From Candidatus Methanoperedenaceae archaeon (GTDB lineage: Archaea > Halobacteriota > Methanosarcinia > Methanosarcinales > Methanoperedenaceae), in assembly GCA_963753595.1 (NCBI GenBank), contig CAVWCX010000024.1, positions 1 to 64,000 on the forward strand: a stretch of DNA of 64,000 bases, given 5' to 3'. Numbering within the stretch: the first letter of the stretch is position 1; the number at the start of each line of letters is the position of its first letter. A program made the position numbers and the translations under genes. Positions 62,260 to 64,000 of this stretch are shown in pieces. Under the pieces are notes generated by a model that ran no database searches, was not told the origin of the DNA, and worked only from the letters and a program-made list of their open reading frames with translations.

Positions 62260-63107
62260 ATTCAAATAACGGCGAAGAAATACTGATCGCGGAAGATAGC
62301 CCCACACAGGCGCAGATGTTAAAATTCCTGCTTGAGAAACATGATTACCGCGTTCTGGCCGCAAACAATGGAAAGGAAGCCCTGGCAATGATAAAGACAC
62401 GTAAGCCCGCTCTTGTCATAAGCGATATCGTAATGCCTGAAATGAATGGTTATGAACTTTGCCGGCATATAAAAAAGACTGATAACCTGAAAGATATTCC
62501 TGTTATCCTCCTGACAGCGCTTAGCGATCCTGATGATGTTCTCAAAGGCCTGGAATGCGGGGCAAATAACTTCGTAACAAAGCCGTATGAAGAAAAACAC
62601 CTTGTATCGAGAGTGCAATCCATTCTTTCGAACAGGATGCAACAAAAGAATGAAACCATACAACCTGGTATCAAAATATTATTTGGCGGTAAGGAGTATA
62701 ATATTACTGCACAACCCAGGCAGATCCTTACTCTTCTTCTTTCCACATATGAAGCAGCAGTCCAGAAAAACCTGGAACTTGCGAAGGCACAGGATGAATT
62801 AAGGAATTTAACCCTGGATCTTGAGAAAAAGGTGGAAGAGCGTACGATCCAGCTCAAATCAGCCAATGACCAGCTTTCGCAGGATATCATCGAGCGAAAG
62901 CGAATTGAGGAAGAGCTGCAAAAACACCGCGATCATCTGGAGGAACTGGTCAAAGAACGCACCGGGGAGCTGAATCAGAAAAATGAAGAACTTGAAAAGT
63001 TTAACAGGCTCTTCGTGGGACGGGAACTCAGGATGATCGAACTTAAAAAGAGGATCGAAGAACTTGAAAAAAACACCGCATCACCTGAAAACACAAAGGC
63101 AGGTTGA
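62256..63107 (+). CDS. Response regulator with coiled-coil tail only
   Basis: REC domain (AEDS, SDIVMPEMNG, TKP), QILTLLLSTYE linker, ends FVGRELRMIELKK. Confidence 0.88.
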   Translation: MNSNNGEEILIAEDSPTQAQMLKFLLEKHDYRVLAANNGKEALAMIKTRKPALVISDIVMPEMNGYELCRHIKKTDNLKDIPVILLTALSDPDDVLKGLECGANNFVTKPYEEKHLVSRVQSILSNRMQQKNETIQPGIKILFGGKEYNITAQPRQILTLLLSTYEAAVQKNLELAKAQDELRNLTLDLEKKVEERTIQLKSANDQLSQDIIERKRIEEELQKHRDHLEELVKERTGELNQKNEELEKFNRLFVGRELRMIELKKRIEELEKNTASPENTKAG

Positions 63108-63111
63108 AATT

Positions 63112-64000
63112 ATGAGAAATATCTTAAAACAAAACCTTTTTCAAAATCCTGTTTTGAAGGATATGGCCTGGATAGCAAGTATCGCTGTTATATATTTCAT
63201 TGTTGGAAACCTGAGCCTGGAATTATTATTTAAACCGGAAGGCATTGCTGCGGTCTGGCCGAATTCCGGTATTTTCCTTTCAGCCATCCTCTTAACACGG
63301 CGAAAACTTTTGCCCTATCTTATCGGGACGCTTTTTATAACCGATCTTATTATTGAAATGCTTGCCGGTTCACCGTTTAATGTGAGCTTTGTGTATGCAT
63401 TTGCCCTTACTTTTGACGCATCTTTAAGTGCCTGGCTTCTCACCAGGTTTACCGGAGGGCAGGTTACTTTTGACAGGGTAAAACATGTATTCGGATTTAT
63501 CGCCCTTTCAGTCATATTCAGTAATGCCCTGGCAGCAACTATTGCTTCGCTTGCCCCATATTTGCTCCTTGGCAAGTCCTTCTGGAATTCATGGATGTTG
63601 TGGTGGTCGTCGGACGCAGTCGGAAATTTATTAATTACCCCTTTTGTCCTGAGCCTGGCATCAATGGACATGGCCCGGTTATGGAAATCGGATATTAAAC
63701 GGACGGCTGAGGCGGTGATTTTTTTTGTATCTATCATAACTATAAATTTTTTTGCTTTGCAGAGGTTTGGGGGTAATATTGATTTATTCTCTGTCATTAA
63801 TTATTTGACTTTTCCATTCCTGATATGGGCAGCGATACGTTTTGGGATACGGGGAGTAACTTTTGCTTCAGTCGTCCTTACAGCTAATATCTTATATTTT
63901 ATCCTTCGAAGCCAAATCTTGCCTCTCAGCGGATCCATGTTAAACTCGGTAATTATGGTTCAATTGTACATAGCCATAATTTCAGCCTCATCCCTCATTC
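63112..64000 (+). CDS. MASE1-domain membrane sensor (5' part; runs off the window)
   Basis: Translated by hand: MRNILKQ...AVWPNSGIFLS...WWSSDAVGNLLITP...LIWAAIRFG, multi-TM MASE1 pattern. Confidence 0.8.
   Translation, partial: MRNILKQNLFQNPVLKDMAWIASIAVIYFIVGNLSLELLFKPEGIAAVWPNSGIFLSAILLTRRKLLPYLIGTLFITDLIIEMLAGSPFNVSFVYAFALTFDASLSAWLLTRFTGGQVTFDRVKHVFGFIALSVIFSNALAATIASLAPYLLLGKSFWNSWMLWWSSDAVGNLLITPFVLSLASMDMARLWKSDIKRTAEAVIFFVSIITINFFALQRFGGNIDLFSVINYLTFPFLIWAAIRFGIRGVTFASVVLTANILYFILRSQILPLSGSMLNSVIMVQLYIAIISASSLI

Overview
Archaeal chromosomal window of a Methanosarcinales-type organism, most consistent with Ca. Methanoperedens/ANME-2d (inferred from mer, cofC, an AtwA-like ATPase, TBP, eL15, a PGF-CTERM protein and a UbiD/UbiA menaquinone-type pair). 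Most of it is housekeeping genes: mer, rubredoxin, hss/odc, sugar-nucleotide enzymes, hemB, clpB, nth, purD, tbp, rpl15e, tRNA-His, ubiD/ubiA, rnp4, cofC and pdxS. Four accessory areas stand out. (1) The locus downstream of tRNA-His (about 36.27-38.93 kb) has an array of a 17-bp palindrome (consensus AATTSCGTWACGSAATT) at an exact 27-bp period with variable 10-nt linkers. It also has a perfect 11-6-11 dif-like site, a Zn-ribbon/HNH gene, a complete Xer-like tyrosine recombinase, a second degenerate dif-like site, more 27-bp-spaced palindrome clusters, and two paralogous promoter+operator+hairpin units that look like sRNA genes. This is the best candidate for an undescribed system. (2) A pilin/protease cassette sits between 130-bp direct repeats, next to a family of three-unit inverted-repeat elements linked to GxxExxY-like remnants. 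(3) A decayed RelBE-like pair lies among RHH genes at 50-51 kb. (4) A Wsp-like chemosensory operon has a terminal regulator and an upstream MEDS-PAS sensor that lack any enzymatic output and share a near-identical coiled-coil tail (FVGRELRMxELK). All calls come from reading the sequence; no database searches were run.
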